This document shows, one piece after another, positions 62,493 through 64,000 of a stretch of DNA of 64,000 nucleotides. Each line of letters starts with the position of its first letter. Position 1 is the first letter of the stretch. The notes under the pieces are model-generated. The model saw only the letters and a program-made list of their open reading frames with translations, was not told the DNA's origin and ran no database searches. A program made the translations under genes and the position numbers. Location: contig CBDBOV010000004.1 of assembly GCA_965208575.1 (NCBI GenBank), forward strand, positions 320,001 to 384,000, given 5' to 3'. The DNA comes from Spirochaetia bacterium (GTDB lineage: Bacteria; Spirochaetota; Spirochaetia; SZUA-6; Bin103).

Positions 62493-63998
62493 CTAATGAC
62501 CCATTGCGCTCTTTAGCTCACCATCAATCCAGAGGCGGGCCAATATCTGATAAGCTTGACCATAACCCAGCGTGGATTCACCATTATAACCTATGACCCA
62601 CGGCTGATTCCAGTTAAACTGCGGGGACTCAGGCCCCCATATATACCAGTGCTTCTCAGTCGCGTACATGTCCAGCTCTCTAAACAGCCTCTTGTACTCC
62701 TCGAGGTCGGTAGTAGCTCGCATGGCTTCAAACTTGGCGTCAAAAGTCGGGTCCGACATTTGGCCGGCGGGGTTCCACATGGGAGGGTTGCCGTACCAGC
62801 GGCCCACCAGATGCTCAGCAAGATAGTGATGGCTCATCTCCCCGGAACGCATAGCCTCATGCATTGAGGAGCTCGCTATTTTGGCTAACTGAGGAGTCTC
62901 CATTGCTTCAATCTCTACAACAATGCCAATCTCACGCCAGTATGCAGAGGCTAATTCTTGATAGCCGGTAGGTAAGTGCGCAAAGGCCAGGCTGACAGTC
63001 TTGAATCTAATGCCGTCGGCGCCACGAGGAAATCCGGCCTCATCGAGTAACGCTTCTGCCGCTGCCGGGTCATAGGTATAGCGTTCCTTGATCTCTTCGG
63101 GCCACTCCTCATATGGCACGTAATAGCCTTTGAGAGAATCCCCCACCACCCCGCGAGGTTCCCAGTTTGCATAACCCCTAAAGAAGGTATTGGCAATGGT
63201 CTCAAGGTCCAGTGCCTTCTGCATTGCTATACGCACCCGAATGTCGCTAAAAAGCGGGTTATTCAGGTTCATACTAAAAGCATGATTCGACCGGATAAAA
63301 ACCTTGTGCACCTCAATTTCGGGATTGCTCCTCTGGAGGCTCTCTACCTGGTCGAGAGACTTGATGTCAGAGGAGATAGCGGCCATACTTCCAAACTCAA
63401 CCTTACCCGAGCGCATCGCTGCCAGACGTGTTGCCTCTTCTGGCATGACAAGGGCCTTTAACTCGTCCATGTAGGGCAAGCGGTTCTCCGGGTATTTTTC
63501 GTCGTAGCCCCAGTAGTCAGGATTCTTGATGAAGGTGTAAGAGCTGCCCTCGACCCAGTCGCCCAGCATCCAGGGCCCGGTGCCGACCAGGTTCCTCCAA
63601 TCCTTAGCGTCGCCGTATTGCTCGATTACCTCGGGGGGGTATATCCAATTAGTCCACCAATCCGTGATAAGCGCGAACGGATTGACGTGTGGCCGCTTCA
63701 GCTTGAAAACGACGGTATATTCGTCGGTGGCCGTTATCGATTCGAATTGCACAGACTTCATATCATGTAATGATGGGCTAGGTTCGGTGAAGCCGCTGCC
63801 CACACCCAAGATGCGGTGATAGTTATATTCGACATCCTTGCCAGTTAGCTCCCGCCCGTTCATCGGCGCCTTATCATGCCAGTGAACGCCTCTACGGATA
63901 TTGAACACAAAAGTTGTGGCGTCGGGCTGTTCCCAGCTTTCCGCCAGCTGCCCTATCAAGTATTCTGGAGGTACGTTTGGACCTTGCCAGCTCCATTC
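62493..63998 (-). CDS. ABC substrate-binding protein, family 5, 5'-truncated by the window edge
   Basis: Frame is open to the window end (EWSWQGPNVPPEYLIGQLAESW). IRRGVHWHD, GTGPW, NPDYW and RLPYMD are present. Confidence 0.92.
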   Translation of the reverse strand, partial: EWSWQGPNVPPEYLIGQLAESWEQPDATTFVFNIRRGVHWHDKAPMNGRELTGKDVEYNYHRILGVGSGFTEPSPSLHDMKSVQFESITATDEYTVVFKLKRPHVNPFALITDWWTNWIYPPEVIEQYGDAKDWRNLVGTGPWMLGDWVEGSSYTFIKNPDYWGYDEKYPENRLPYMDELKALVMPEEATRLAAMRSGKVEFGSMAAISSDIKSLDQVESLQRSNPEIEVHKVFIRSNHAFSMNLNNPLFSDIRVRIAMQKALDLETIANTFFRGYANWEPRGVVGDSLKGYYVPYEEWPEEIKERYTYDPAAAEALLDEAGFPRGADGIRFKTVSLAFAHLPTGYQELASAYWREIGIVVEIEAMETPQLAKIASSSMHEAMRSGEMSHHYLAEHLVGRWYGNPPMWNPAGQMSDPTFDAKFEAMRATTDLEEYKRLFRELDMYATEKHWYIWGPESPQFNWNQPWVIGYNGESTLGYGQAYQILARLWIDGELKSAMGH

Positions 63999-64000
63999 GT

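Overview
High-GC bacterial chromosomal window with about 52 intact genes and several gene remnants. No rRNA, tRNA, CRISPR array, transposase, integrase or reverse transcriptase was recognised. Content: (1) six PhyH-type and one TauD-type 2OG/Fe(II) oxygenases, two of which lack the carboxylate iron ligand; (2) carbohydrate enzymes (two GH32, one GH4, two Asp-box propellers, two TIM-barrel isomerases); (3) ABC importers (Fe3+, LplABC-like sugar with two convergent binding-protein paralogs, BMP/nucleoside, two tandem Dpp-like cassettes of which the last is lower in GC); (4) a metal-homeostasis block (ferritin, His-rich permease, TIGR03943-like and Ig/TolB-like proteins); (5) two type II TA loci, one with a disrupted toxin; (6) two large repeat-built surface proteins, a SwmB/PKD/FN3 autotransporter and a six-repeat lipoprotein of a family I do not recognise. 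The signal-peptide style and gene repertoire suggest a host-associated (for example sponge) spirochaete, which is inference only. Best leads: candidate HxG/HxV radical halogenases, the six-repeat lipoprotein, a structured leader of about 400 nt with a short leader ORF, and several deletion or insertion scars. All family assignments come from recognising motifs by eye, not from database searches.
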